Origin: Amoebophrya sp. A120
Lineage: Eukaryota > Protista > Dinoflagellata
Direction: 5' to 3'
DNA length: 64,000 bases
Assembly (NCBI GenBank): GCA_905178155.1
Contig: CAJINV010000007.1
Span: 1,248,627 to 1,312,626 of the forward strand
Part shown: piece by piece, positions 1-12,180 of the stretch
Position numbering within the stretch: the stretch's first letter is position 1
Layout: every line of letters begins with the position of its first letter
The notes under the pieces: generated by a model
Seen by the model: only the letters and a program-made list of their open reading frames with translations
Database searches by the model: none
Told to the model about the DNA's origin: nothing
Position numbers and translations under genes: made by a program

Positions 1-3000
1 TCGGGTTGCAAGACTTGCAGCGCACAAACGACGTGTCGGTGTTGACCGCGAACACGGGTGCCACGACGACTTCGGCGAACTACAACCACAGCGGTCAGTA
101 CAACAACATTATGCACCAGGAGCCGACGAATTCCGCGAACAGTTCCGTGATGCAACAGACCAATTCGCTCGTCACACTGAACGGGTGGCAGCAGATATCA
201 AATGCAAAAATGTCTGGGTCTGGAAGAATGCGCGACTTGTCATGCAGATTTTCCATGACTCGCGAGGTCTGGAATGCAGGAACTAGCATGACAGACTCTG
301 TGAGATCTCTGTCACGCCTGTCCCGCATGAGAAACTCCCTCTCAGCCAGGTCAAAAGTGGACAACTTTTGGTAAGCATGCAACACAGATTTTTACAGGAT
401 GCAGACTTAGCATGACAAGTTGCAACCTTCCAGACCCAGACATGTTTGCAATGCATGACAGATCAACGAGGACAACCGGTTTGAGAGCGTGAACAGCCTG
501 ACGAACTCTACGTTTTATGCCAACAATATGCTCTGCAAAAGTTTATTTCTCGGTCTTTTACTAGTAAGTTGTTGGGAACAAAGAAGTGTACCATGATAGG
601 ACCTGAGTAAAAATCTTACGGACAACATCAGCTGCGTGACAAATATTTGTTCACTTGTTTATTTTCTTTTGGCAATCAATACAATATTGTCCACTAGTAA
701 ACTGCAAACTCACTTTTGCAAAGATGCATAAACAACAACGAGCCGCAGGTTGAGACGAATCAGTATAGCTACAGCCAGACGAACACGGGTGCCGTCGAGT
801 GGAATACCTACAACAACCAGGTTAATGACAACAACAATTTCAACAACCAGACTTACAACTACGCCGGTGCGGGCGCGGCCGCGCCAGGCTTTCAGCAGCC
901 GATGGCCCCCGCGCCGGGAAACGAAGATCAGAATTCATCTTCGGACAATTTTTATGCGTATGATGCGAACTACAGCTGTACTGCTGGCACCAATGGAGAT
1001 GCAGTCAGCGGCGGAAAAAATAAAGGCGATGATCAACAGGTCGTGGAGCAAAACCAGGGTCAGTACAACTTGCACGCCGCGACCGGTAAGAACTTTTCCT
1101 CCTCCCAACAGCAGTACACCAGTTTCCGGGAACATCGCAGCGGGGGGAAGATGAACGCGAAGAACTTCCGACAGCAGCAGCAGAACAACGGGTTTGGTGG
1201 GAATAAAAACGCCGGTCGGAAAGGTGGGGGTTTTTCCAACAATAGCGGCGGAAAAGGTTCCGCCGCTATTGTTGTACTTACCGGCGGAAAGGTGTTTGGA
1301 TCTTCTTCTGCAGCCGGATCGTACCACAACGGCAAAGGAAAGAAGAGCAACTCCGGAGCAGGTCAACATCGCGGATCCACTTCGCCGGGGGGAGGCTGCA
1401 ACTACTACACCAGTACTAGTGCCAACTATCAGATGAACAAGCCCGTCTGCACGGATAACCACGCCACACTGGGGCTGGAAAACTTCGACCAGGTCGTGAA
1501 CGGCAACTGCTACAAACCGAGTACTTTTGGAGCAGATGGTGGTACCACGTCCTCGCCGGCGGCGCACCAAACGACCTCAGGGGGATACAATAACTACGGG
1601 GGTTACAAAAATCGTACTGGGGTCTTCAACATGGAAGATGATAACAAGGAAAATATCGACCCGAACAACAGTACTTCTGAGATGAACGGAAGCGGCTGCA
1701 GCAACGAGGGGAAGTTCTACGTTCCGCGCGACACGGAATCCTGGGGGAAGGTGCAGAAGGACGTGGAGCACATGCACTACACGCAAAATTTGAACACGAA
1801 CTCCGCGAAAGTGTACATCCAGACGCTGATGAAGACCATGGACAAGCGGAACCCGGTGGCGACCACGATCCTCTTCCGTAAAATCTTGGAAGTGCTGCGC
1901 TACATGCAGTTTGTCGACACGACCAGACGTATTCTTCTTCGGATTTCATTTTCAAGGCTATGATGGAGGAGCTCGGATTTTTTCAAAAGAAATGTTGTCG
2001 TCTACTTCACGATGTGTCACTGTTATGATCCTATGATTATGTGAGTGCGCCGTCATGCAGCATGAAATTCGCTTTACAAATCACAAAATCTTCTCAGCCC
2101 GTCGGTTGCCGCCGATCTCGGCTCCGGTGCATTTGACGTTGTTGGTCCGCTGCTTTGAGTCGATGATCTATGGTGTTGGGGGTGCGCCGTACCTGGACGC
2201 TTCTGAGCCGTCGTACATCAGTCAGATCTACGAAGTGTACCGTACCCTGCAAGTGAAAAATTCCCACGCGACCGCGGCCATGCTCAAGGCCTGGGGACTG
2301 GTACTGATAGATATGCTCGACGGACCCCGCATGTAAAAATGCGCATGGGAAGGTGGCTTGGTGAATATAGAGTGCGCATGACAGATTCGGCGAAGAAAAG
2401 AAAACTAGCAAAGGAACTGAAAAGTGACCTACAACGCTTCTTTTAGCGCAGTTTTCGCATGCCAAATAAAGTTTGCAAAAGTCATTTCGCATGAGAAATT
2501 TACGGTGAAAATAAACCAAACTTACAAGGTTGGCAACCTGCGTCAGTGCAGCATTTTCATCGACCAGTACCGTGCGTTGGAGAAGAGTTCGTTATGGAAA
2601 TGAATTTTGATATTACCACGGGGATCTGTGATGCGTCACTTGGCATGAGAAATACGATTTCTGACGCCAATTGATGCATCACAGGTTTCTGTATATCCGT
2701 TTTCTCCCCCATACCCCAAGAACGAGATTTACGCGTTTCTGATCTACCAGTCGGCTTTGGACGCGGCGTTGCGCCACAACAACCAGGAGCTGGAGGAAAA
2801 GATCCGGTACTTTGATAAGCGGTTTTCTATATGCACATGTTATTCGCATGAGAAACTGGAATTGCTACTGCATGTTTGTTGCAGGCTGCGCATGTAAAAA
2901 TGCAGCTTTATTCTTTGTGGCCCCCGCATAGGACGAACTACTACACGAAGAAAACATCATGGTCAACATCCGCACTGCGTAAGAGGAAAGGAACAGCTCT

Positions 3001-3416
3001 TGCCAGTCGTCCGAATTGCAATTCGAATGCTATCAGGCGCTTCATCCATGTTGATGCGATTTCGGGCGTCGACGAGTACTGGAACCGCAGTGTGAAGGTG
3101 GATATGCACTGCAAAATCATTCTCGGACAGCTTGTATGCTTACAAACTGCAGGCTAGCATGACAGATGTACTTCCCTTGTTTCTGACCTGAATCTGCATC
3201 ATGGAACAAGTACAATGCTCCCTCGTGGAAACATTTGCTATGCAATTTGTACTACTATCTAGTGGTTGATTGCTTTTGCACTGCATAGTGCACCCGAGCG
3301 TGCCGCCGGAGCACTCCCATCCGCACCTGTATCAGAATCAGCACAACGGCTACGGTGACAACCAGCAGCTGAACAGCCCGGTGGCGACCACGAATAATGG
3401 ATCGCAGCAGCTGTAA
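1..3416 (+). CDS. Hypothetical N/Q/G-rich protein, 5'-partial, multi-exon (4 TIR-introns plus GT-AG introns 1929-2097, 2301-2528 and two more near 2810-3036)
   Basis: Frame continuous after removing 197-463, 527-735, 1929-2097, 2301-2528, 2593-2700 and 3103-3292 (WQQI|NEDNRF...ANN|NEPQV...); the junction near 2810-2931 is not resolved; stop TAA at 3414-3416. Confidence 0.7.
196..458. mobile_element. Introner/MITE-like intron, family A
   Basis: TIR tatcaaatgcaaaaatgtctgggtctggaag / cttccagacccagacatgtttgcaatgcat; DR caga(t). Confidence 0.9.
527..730. mobile_element. Introner, family F
   Basis: tatgctctgcaaaagt...acttttgcaaagatgcata; DR aacaa/aacaa. Confidence 0.88.
2593..2695. mobile_element. 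Short degenerate introner
   Basis: tatggaaa...tttctgtata; DR ttcgt/tccgt; removal restores frame. Confidence 0.6.
3103..3287. mobile_element. Introner, family F
   Basis: tatgcactgcaaaa...ttttgcactgcata; DR gtgga/gtgca. Confidence 0.85.
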
Positions 3417-5485
3417 AGCGCACGACCGAAGTTGCTCATTTGAAGAAAATGCGGTGAGTAAAAAGTAGGCAATAGTTAATGAAACTAGCTTGAACTTTTC
3501 TAGTCAAAAACAAGCGACAAGAATGCAAATTTTGAAAATAGCACCAGTAGTTGTACGCTGCATGATCCTCGAGTGCTCACGGATAGGAGATTTTGTTTCA
3601 AAAAGAACTAAAATTCTGCAGGCTAATAGAAGCGATCGACCTTTTGCAATGCGCTCTCAACTTTCCTACGCGGCGGTTATAGGACGACGAGCATTGCCAA
3701 GAAATAGAAAACAGAAACCGGAACTAGACCTACACAAATATAGCGAAAGAAAAAATCATCAGTTTTGAGTTTAAGAGTAGTCCAGTAGGCATGTAGTTTT
3801 GGGTGAGCATTTTGCACGATTTTTCCATGACAAAAACATCACCAAAATGCACCGGAAAGAACTACTTTCTCCATGTCTACTAGCCATGACAGGCACGGTT
3901 GTTTCCGTGCTTCGGCGGGCTACATCGTGAGATTAAGAACTTCAGATTGCATAGACAATTTACCCCTTTTCACCAGTGTCTGCCTTGTGCAGGATTGGTT
4001 TATACGATTTATGAACTTTTACTCGGCTAATTTTATTATCGAACTCTTTTTTCAGTTTCTCAGGCGGCAGAAAACTGATCCCATTTTAGCCGTTTCAGCA
4101 ACACCTTTTAGAACGACCACCGGGTGAAGAAACACACGACGAACGAACTGTTTCGCCCTACCACTGTGAATAGAATAAATGGTAGTTAAGAAAATTGGAG
4201 AAGTGCCGACACTGCATCTGGTCAAGCGACCAGAACTTTTTCAAAAAATTGAAAGACTGTGAACTGGCTTTTTAGTCCTTCTGAACAGTTTCTATCTCCA
4301 GTTTAGAATTTCAGTTATACTAGTGAACTAGTTTCTCGGTCTTCTTCGGGCCGCTGTTTTTCCATGATTTTTCAGTTTCGTTTATTCAAGAGCTTGTTTC
4401 CTCGTTTCTCTGGCTGTTTTCGATTTTTATTGCACTAGTATTCAGTCGCTTCTCTTCAGAAAATCAAAATTTTGTTGTGAACAATTTTAGCAATCAAAAC
4501 GCTACCAACATGTATGTCTGTTTGTTGTAGCAGAGCTCAACAATGAAAGTTTCAGTTTTCAAACTCAACTTGCAGAGTTTTTCCTCCGGAAGGACAATTA
4601 TATCTGCGCAGAGAAATTAAAATTTACCGTTTCGCTTAGGGATACAAATTTACCGTTATGACTCCACTGCTTCGCGGATTGCAGAATGAATCAATTGAGA
4701 ACTCTTCACCTAGCACGGGATATGTTTTCGTTTTCAAAACTATGAAAGGATGTAAAATTTTACCGGTTGTTGAGCTGTAGTTGCAGTTTCCGAGTGTGAC
4801 CTTTACAATGCTAGTGGTTTTTCACCTTTAGGAACGTTGAGACCTAATCAACAGTTTTATTTTAGAAAATTTCTTCTCGAATAAATCAAATGGCTCTTCT
4901 ACTAAGAGTCAAATCTCAAGGACCATACGGGAAAACAGCAGCGGCGCCACGGGCAGAAGATGTATGGGACTGAGTTCCAATGAAATTCTGTTTCGCCCCG
5001 GTGTGATACTACTGACTCCGCACAAAGCGGGCTTCTGAACAACTGCAGCAAAAACCACGAATGAACTTTTTTTTGGTGAAAATGCAATCAGGATGAATTA
5101 TCAGACTCGTACGCTCGCCCTTGGTAGCAGTTCCACTTCCGAATGTGGGCATGGCTCGTCCTCCGTACAGCGCAGAAAAAGAACCGCCTGTTCTCGTCGT
5201 CAGTGTGTCACTTTTCGTTCACTACCTTCACTGTTCGTACCTGTTCACGTTTATCTCATGCGTTCTTGTTCATCGTACCACAATGAACTAGACAGAAGCC
5301 GACCTTAAATTTCGTGCCAGCCCCAAGATTGTACTTGAAAAACACATCTACAGGCCTTTTCCGTAGAAAAGAGACTAATTCACACTAAAGTACTTCTTTA
5401 CTAAGGTCTTTGCTGTGGCCCCCGCGTTGTGAATTCTAGAAATTATTCACTAGCAGACATCATCAAGAGAAACTCCCAATAAATC

Positions 5486-8400
5486 ATGACCGCGTCTACT
5501 TCTGCTTCGGAAAAACCAACATCACTTCTCGTAGCATCTTCGGCTACTTCGAAAGCCTCCACGATGCAGAAGCCCGCGGGCGTCTTCACCGGCGCGGCGA
5601 TTTTCGCCGCCATCCTCGCTTTTCTCTACCAGCAGTATCTCGAGTGGACTTGCGAAGATCCAACTTCCTGGCGGGCGCCGCTTGCGTTGACCGGGTTTTA
5701 CCTGTTTTACGCGATTGCGGCGCTGCTTGGGATGCGCTGGACGAGGCAGAGACTCGCGAAGGAAGCAATTTTTAAGAGCGCGACTGGTACAACAACTTCT
5801 ACAACAGCAGTAGGACCACGAGAGGACAACGACAACGCGCTGGCCGTGAAAAAATGTGCACCGGAGAAGGAGGTGGTGAAAACTTCCTCCTGTCGTGTCG
5901 CGGATGAAGAGATGAACAAGATAAAAACAACACCAGCATCAACACCCCCCACGACTTCACTTCTGGACGACGCCGCATCGAGGCTCGCCGTTGCCGAGGG
6001 TGCGATTTGGGTGGCCATCCCCAAACCCTTTGTCGAGGGGTTGATGGCCAGTTACAACGTGTTCCAAATCTCTTTCAACTCCGGCTGGTGCCTGCTCGTC
6101 CTGTTGACCTTGCACCAGAGCAGCCAACCGCTCCTCGGGTCGGTTTTCGACTACGAAGGGTTCTGCAACGGTGGCAGTGGTAGTAGTTCATCTTCTGGTG
6201 GCAGTGGTAAAAACTACACTAGCGGCCTCGGGCTGGATATCTTCTTTCGATCAATATCATCACCCGGGACCACCTCGGACAACATCAACAACACGCTCGG
6301 CTTTCTTCTCTGGGTGCACTACGCGAACAAACCCATCGAGTTTCTGGACACCTTTTTCATGGTGCAGCGGGGGAAGGCACCACAGCAACTGACGTTTTTG
6401 CACGTCTTATCCTGGGTAAAAACGTCCCCAGAGTTGTCATGCAAAAACGCACGCTCAAAATGTTTCTCATGCGGAGCCCCTTGACAAGTATTTTCTAGTC
6501 GCTTTTTTGAATTTGTAATGCTCCAATCAGCATGGTACGCTAGATTTGTGATGATTCTGAACGAGGTAAACAGGATTACAGTACGAGGCCGAACTTGTCA
6601 TGCGCAACACCCTAAGTGTGTAGATTTGTCTAGCAGATTTCCCATCTTGACTAGGTTTGTGTTGCAAAATCCGCCGCATTTTTTTAAAAAATTGCCGGTT
6701 GCAGCGGCATCTAACTCGAAGTTTGACAAAGCACTTTATAAGAAAAAGCACTTCGTAAAGAAAAGCACTTCGTAAAACAAAACGTAGTCATGTAAAGCAG
6801 CACGGCAGATACTTCAACATACTAGCAGTGTGCGGGGGGGGCCAATGTGGTCCCCCCCACGCGCTGCGCCTATAAATAAAACACGCCAGGGAATTTTCTT
6901 TTTTTTCCAGCAGAGGCTGGCTGTGGGACTTGGGGCAATGCCGGGGATTAGAAATGCAAATATGATGGCAGTGCGTTTCTACTCTTAAGTATCCTGCTTC
7001 AAACATGTTTTATTTTTTTTTGGCCTTTTGTCACGCTCTTTGTCATTGTCTTTGGATTAGTACCGCGTCACACAATTGCACAAGTATTTAGAAAACATCA
7101 TGGAAAATGGCACGCGGAGTCGGAAACATTGAAAACGACGCCGAGCTCGACGGAGCCGCATGAAGGGCGGCGGGGGGTTGGAAGATCTGCGCGCGTTGTC
7201 GGGGCCACAGAAAGAGGAAGACCAGGCCGCGGGGCATACGCACGCGGGGGAGGAGGGGGAAAACGGAGGCGAAACGAGAACAAGGGGCGCAGTACGAAAA
7301 CGGATCGAGAACCAACATGCTGGAGCAGGGGACAAGAGCGGAAAAGTAAGAAATCGGGAAAAAAAAGCCGTATACCTGCGCAATTCCTTACATGTGAATA
7401 ACATGGTGGGCGGGAGGGGTTCTTCACATTTTTGGAAACGCCCACCGCCCCGACTAGAATAACTGAATGATGAAAAAATTGGGGGCAGGACAAAAAAAAA
7501 AAAATTTTCCATCTTGACTATGGGGTGGGGACGTTTTTACTCGGGATACGTCTACCACCACGCGCTCATGGTGTTCGCGTGGTACATGGTGGTGCGGTAC
7601 TACCCGGGCGGGGACAGCTGGTATCATGTATAATAATGAGTTATTTGCTGCGGTACTCACTCACATTGTGGTTTGTTCTTGAGTCCGAATGTGACATCTA
7701 TTGGGTCCCGGAAGTGTCAGCGGAACGTCGACCCAGAGCATTGCTTAAATGTACAGTAGTCCTGTGTTATGTTGTCCAGCAGCAATCATGCGATCAGGAA
7801 GAAACAAATGCAAAAATCAGGTTCGGCGCGTGGGTGAACTCTTTCATCCATGTCCTCATGTACACCTACTACTTCGTGGCCTCCTATCACACAGAGAAAG
7901 CTAGCACTGCGTATTTGGAAATGTTATGCAAAAACAAATAGACATGCCCATGCGCATCCACATGTTGCCTGAAGCATAGTGTATTTTTCGGGTATTAGTT
8001 TTGTTTTTGCGTCTTTATCTTTTCCAGATGCGATGTGCTTTAGCTTCTTTCCCCGGGATACCTCTTTCGGCGTGAAAATCCCTTCCTTCGTGAAGAAAAC
8101 GATGACCCGGCTGCAGATGCTGCAGTTCTGCATCTGCTTCGGGCACGCGGTACTTGTCAGCTCCCTCGGAATCGGGTCGACCCCGGACTGGCTTATGGAT
8201 TGTAAAAATGTCTGGGTCTGGAAGGTTGCAACTTGTCATGCTAAGTCTGCATCCTGTAAAAATCTGTGTTGCATGCTTACCAAAAGTTGCAGCGCACTTT
8301 TCACCAAGCTGAGAGGGAGTTTCTCATGCGGGACAGGCGTGACAGAGATCTCACAGAGTCTGTCATGCTAGTTCCTGCATTCCAGACCTCGCGAGTCATG

Positions 8401-9426
8401 GANAATGTCTGGGTCTGGAAACTTGTGATGCTGGGTGGCGTATCATGAGGAGGCCACAAGTGCTGGCTCAGCATGACAAGTTTCTGAGCTTCTGTATGAT
8501 GCCTTTTCTGCATGACAAACTGCGTTTTTGCATGACAGAAAAGTGGGGCTCTTGAGTAACGTGCATGACAGACTTAGGAGTCATGCCAGACAAGCATGAC
8601 AAACTTGCATTCTTCCAGACCCAGACATATTTGCATTCCATATGGCTGTGCGGCTTGCAAATCTACGTGATGGTGAACATGTATGGAACTGTCAGGATTG
8701 AAATTAACAAAGTTGAATTAATTTGTGATGCATAAAATCTATACCAGTTGGACCCACAGTTTCCAATCGACGCATGACAAATTTTTCTGGCCTGTGAAGC
8801 AAGTGTGTCATGCTGTTTAGGGCAAGATGGCTGCTCCCTGTCATGCTAGTCAGCAGCCCAATTCATTCTTGACCCTTATCAGCACTAGCATCTGCCTCCC
8901 TTGCGCCTTCAGCAATAAAGTCAGTCTTTGTGTCGCATTTTATGCATGACAAATCATTCCAACTTTGTCGATTTCAACTCTGACACATCCATAACATGCT
9001 CTTGCTGTTCGGAAATTTTTACTTCACGGCGTACAGGCAGAGGAGTACTAAATCTTGTATCTTAAGGAAAAACGCCAACACCCCAGAGTTGTCATCGAAC
9101 TCTGCATGCCTCAGGAATAAATGCTTCCCATGTAGCCGTTTTCAAATGCTGTCTTGGGCTTCATTGTCATCCTCGAATCAGGATGACCATGACGCGTTCG
9201 ATTTGCCATGCAGCTATACCACCAGGCAAATAGGATTTCTACACTGCGAGCCCAAACTTGTCACGCGCAACAACCAAGAACCAAAAGTTGTTGGTTTGTG
9301 TAGCAAAGTGTAGTTCATCTTGATGACTCTGGGGTGGGGACGTTTTTGCATAGGATAAGATCTGGAGGAAACTCTAGCGCTGCCGCAACTTCTGCACCGG
9401 AGGGGAAAACGAAGAAGCAGGAGTAG
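5486..9426 (+). CDS. ELO: Fatty acid elongase (ELO / GNS1-SUR4 family), 7 exons
   Basis: Spliced product gives KPIEFLDTFFMV, QLTFLHV|YHH (His box), PGGDSW|FGAWVNSFIHVLMYTYY, TRLQMLQF, M|LLLFGNFY and C-terminal KKQE* dilysine ER-retrieval motif. Introns: 5 TIR elements plus GT-AG 7621-7820. Confidence 0.93.
6408..7548. mobile_element. Introner, family B, enlarged by a nested insertion; interrupts the elongase His box
   Basis: 23-bp TIR tatcctgggtaaaaacgtcccca / tggggacgtttttactcgggata; DR cgtct/cgtct. Confidence 0.93.
6654..7503 (+). mobile_element. Nested insertion with 3' poly(A) and 17-bp TSD (retroposition-like)
   Basis: atttcccatcttgacta (6637-6653) is repeated as attttccatcttgacta (7504-7520), preceded by an A-run; the segment is absent from other family-B copies. 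Confidence 0.65.
7885..8060. mobile_element. Introner (singleton TIR)
   Basis: tatcacacagagaaagcta...tagcttctttccccgggata; DR cctcc/cctct. Confidence 0.78.
8194..8642. mobile_element. Introner, family A (contains N at 8403; composite)
   Basis: tatggattgtaaaaatgtctgggtctggaag...cttccagacccagacatatttgcattccata; DR tggct/tggct. Confidence 0.85.
8682..8993. mobile_element. Introner, family D
   Basis: tatggaactgtcaggattgaaat...atttcaactctgacacatccata; DR acatg/acatg. Confidence 0.9.
9058..9357. mobile_element. Introner, family B
   Basis: tatcttaaggaaaaacgcc..cccca...tggggacgtttttgcataggata; imperfect 8-nt DR aaatcttg/agatctgg. Confidence 0.8.
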
Positions 9427-9531
9427 GAAACAAGGAACAATAACTTTTTCTTTCATAGCAGGCGAGCAGAGAGAGAGACGGGCTCGTCCTCCTGCGCAGG
9501 ATACTTATTAATTTATCACATCTTGTTTAAC

Positions 9532-11043
9532 TATGGTGGGACAAACCTCCCGCCTCTCCTCATTTCTATAGTGAACCTCCCCCCTTCTTATTTTCATTAA
9601 TGTAAATGCCTTCTGTAATTGCAATCACACCTTGCACCTCGCGACGGCTCCGTTTTTCTTCTTTTCGTGGTCGTTTTCTGTTTTTCTTCGTTATCAATCC
9701 CCGATGGCAAGAGCTGGGGTTGTGCCCTTCTTCCATCGCCGCACTTCTCTTTCTTCATCGGTTACCTGCGGAACAGCCACCAATTTTTGCATAAGGTGGA
9801 GGTTGCGCAAAATGAAAGACAGGCGATCGCCGACGGGTTTTCGCACCTGGAAGATGCGTTTTGGGTCTGCCTTGCAGGCGGACGCGGGTCGCGTACTCAC
9901 ACGGGTTCCAGAAGATGGGGCCGGGGCTTCTCGCGATCGCGGTACCGGGGTGGGGAGAAATGCAAACGATTTTCGAAGCCACAGCGCCAACGTGGAGGGG
10001 AGCCGGCGAATTGGCAAAAATGAAGCCAAAAGCACCAGGGGACCATGTGCAATGCCCCTCCGCCTCCCTCCTCCGCCGCCCCGGTCCTCCCAAGGGGGCG
10101 CCCCCGTCCCCGAGAAAGCGACGGGGGGCGCGCCAATGAGGGGGGCGCGCCGACCTCTAGTCTTTTCTCCAAGTGGTCTTTGTCCCAACTTAACGCAATC
10201 AGCGCGCGCGGGGTTGCAGGTCAATCCGCGCGCGCGCCGTGGGTTGGAGAGTTTCCGCTTTCTTTATTTCTACTTCGCGAGCTCGGCCCCCGCGCCCGAG
10301 CCCAGCAGCGGAAGCTGCGACGCTTGAGGCGATGCCGAACGTGTGAGCAAGCCCGCAAGCCGCGCTGCAGGGGCTTCTATAGCGCGCGCAGGGGAGGTCT
10401 TTCAAAGGTGGCGCTGGGCGCGCCTCCACAGAGAGGGGCACATCTCGCGCGCCAAGAACCATGCGCCCTCGCATGGTGCCCACACTCCTCGAAATTGCAG
10501 GCGGCGCACGGCATGGCGATGGAGGGCGCCACGGCGGTGTGGTTGCTGTAGGCAGTCAAGCTCGCCATGAGCGCGCGCCCTACGGCAGGAGAACGCCGGG
10601 CCACGCGTTGCAGCTACCCTGGCGCCGTTGTTGTTTCGGAGGCGTATGCTTCCATACGCAGGCGCCTGCAACAGCAGAGAACTGCGCCCGGTGGCCCTTG
10701 GCGCCCGGGCGCGTAATCTGCCTGCTACCCGGTGGGTGATCGGTCTCGAGTAGGCTGCCCCATCTTGTGTTGGTGGTCAGCGGGTCGCGCGGAGTATGTA
10801 GAATCGAAGGGAATCTGGTTCCTTGTTGCCCGACCCCCTCCCCTTTCGCATTTGGCCTGGCCCGTTAGCGCGTGTCTTGTCGCTCATGAAACAGACCGCG
10901 CGCCGTGGTTTTGTGTATCGCGGCACCGCTTGTCCGGTTCGTGGGATCAGGGCGCGCGCAAACAGGTTTCGCAATAAAACCAGCTTTGGAAGGCAATTGA
11001 ATTGCCTTCAAAATGAGGAATGCCTGAGGATTGTCACACCATA
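9532..11043. mobile_element. Large (1.5 kb) intergenic TIR element with TAT..ATA ends and ~51-bp flanking direct repeat
   Basis: 18-bp TIR tatggtgggacaaacctc / gaggattgtcacaccata (2 mismatches); direct repeat 9473-9531 vs 11044-11094; GC-rich interior. Confidence 0.75.
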
Positions 11044-12180
11044 GAGAGACGGGCTCGTCCTCCCGCGCAGGATATTTATCACATCTTGTTTAACCTCCTT
11101 GGTCATACACAACTAGGACATGAAGTACAAGTGTGCGTAGTTTGCAATTTTGTTCTTCTTTGTTGTACTGATTTGTTCTATTTTGTAGTATTCTTGTTTG
11201 ACCTCATCTTCAAAGGCGCACCGGGAAGGGCGTGCGAATTCGTATTGGAATCGATGCACTATACAAGAACGCAGAGGTGTTACAAGGTACAGGCTGCTGC
11301 TAGTCCTCCGACCAGGTTCTTACGATCGAGTATAGTGAAATACGCAGAAGCGAAGAAAAACGCGACTTTTAGCCGAATTGAAAGCTGCAGAGGATGTTCT
11401 TTTCGCAGGGTGAAAACTTAAATCGAGGCGCTTTTTCCCCTGCCACTACAGCAGGAAAAAGATAATACAAACGCTACTATTAGCCTAGGAACGAAGGAAG
11501 TCGCGATCTCTGCTGGCGTCAGTGCTTCTAGTAGGCAAGCATCTTGGTATGATATCATAAACCAGTGCGCTTCCCGTCGAAGTCGTGTCGAACAAAATCA
11601 AGACGAAAGAAAGCCATGCTGCTGGTTTTCTGTTCGATAGTTGCGATAGTAGTCATTCGTGCGCACCGCGAGGATCTTGATGACCTTGACAGACTACAGC
11701 CCTCGTCTCGAGTCGTCGAGAAACAGAGAGAGATGAGCGTTTTGAAGTTGGAGATGACAGCACCAGTAGTTCCTAGCGATACAACCGCAGGACACCTCCT
11801 GTTCAGCATGACAAATTCACACGCCATGGAACTGATAAACCTCGTTCCCTCGTCGTTGAGTGGAAAGAGGGTGCGAAAGGTCAGTAGGTATCGAGACGAT
11901 CATCTTCACGACACCTTTCTTCCAGTCGTCCGTGGTAAACTTACTTTCAACAGAACCCAGCGGGGTGTAGAAGTGGTACTAGAATTATTTCAGGAGCTTT
12001 TACAAAAGACACCGGGCGGCCACGGCGGTCCCCTGCGCGCCCGCGTTCTTGGGGCGGATGGCATTTTTTTATGCGGACTAGATGACGAACTTCCACGACT
12101 CTTGCGGGTCGCTTCGGTTGAAGACCATTTGCAAGTTCTTACAGTTGTAAAGAACCGCCCGTCGGCGAAGAATTCTCAAA

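Noticed and set aside
95-385. Recurring short ORFs (e.g. MLHAYQKL..., ...NVWVWK..., MSGSGR..., HKFTLTQFFSCI) at many loci
   Set aside because: They are translations of the repeated non-coding introner TIRs and interiors, not a protein family.
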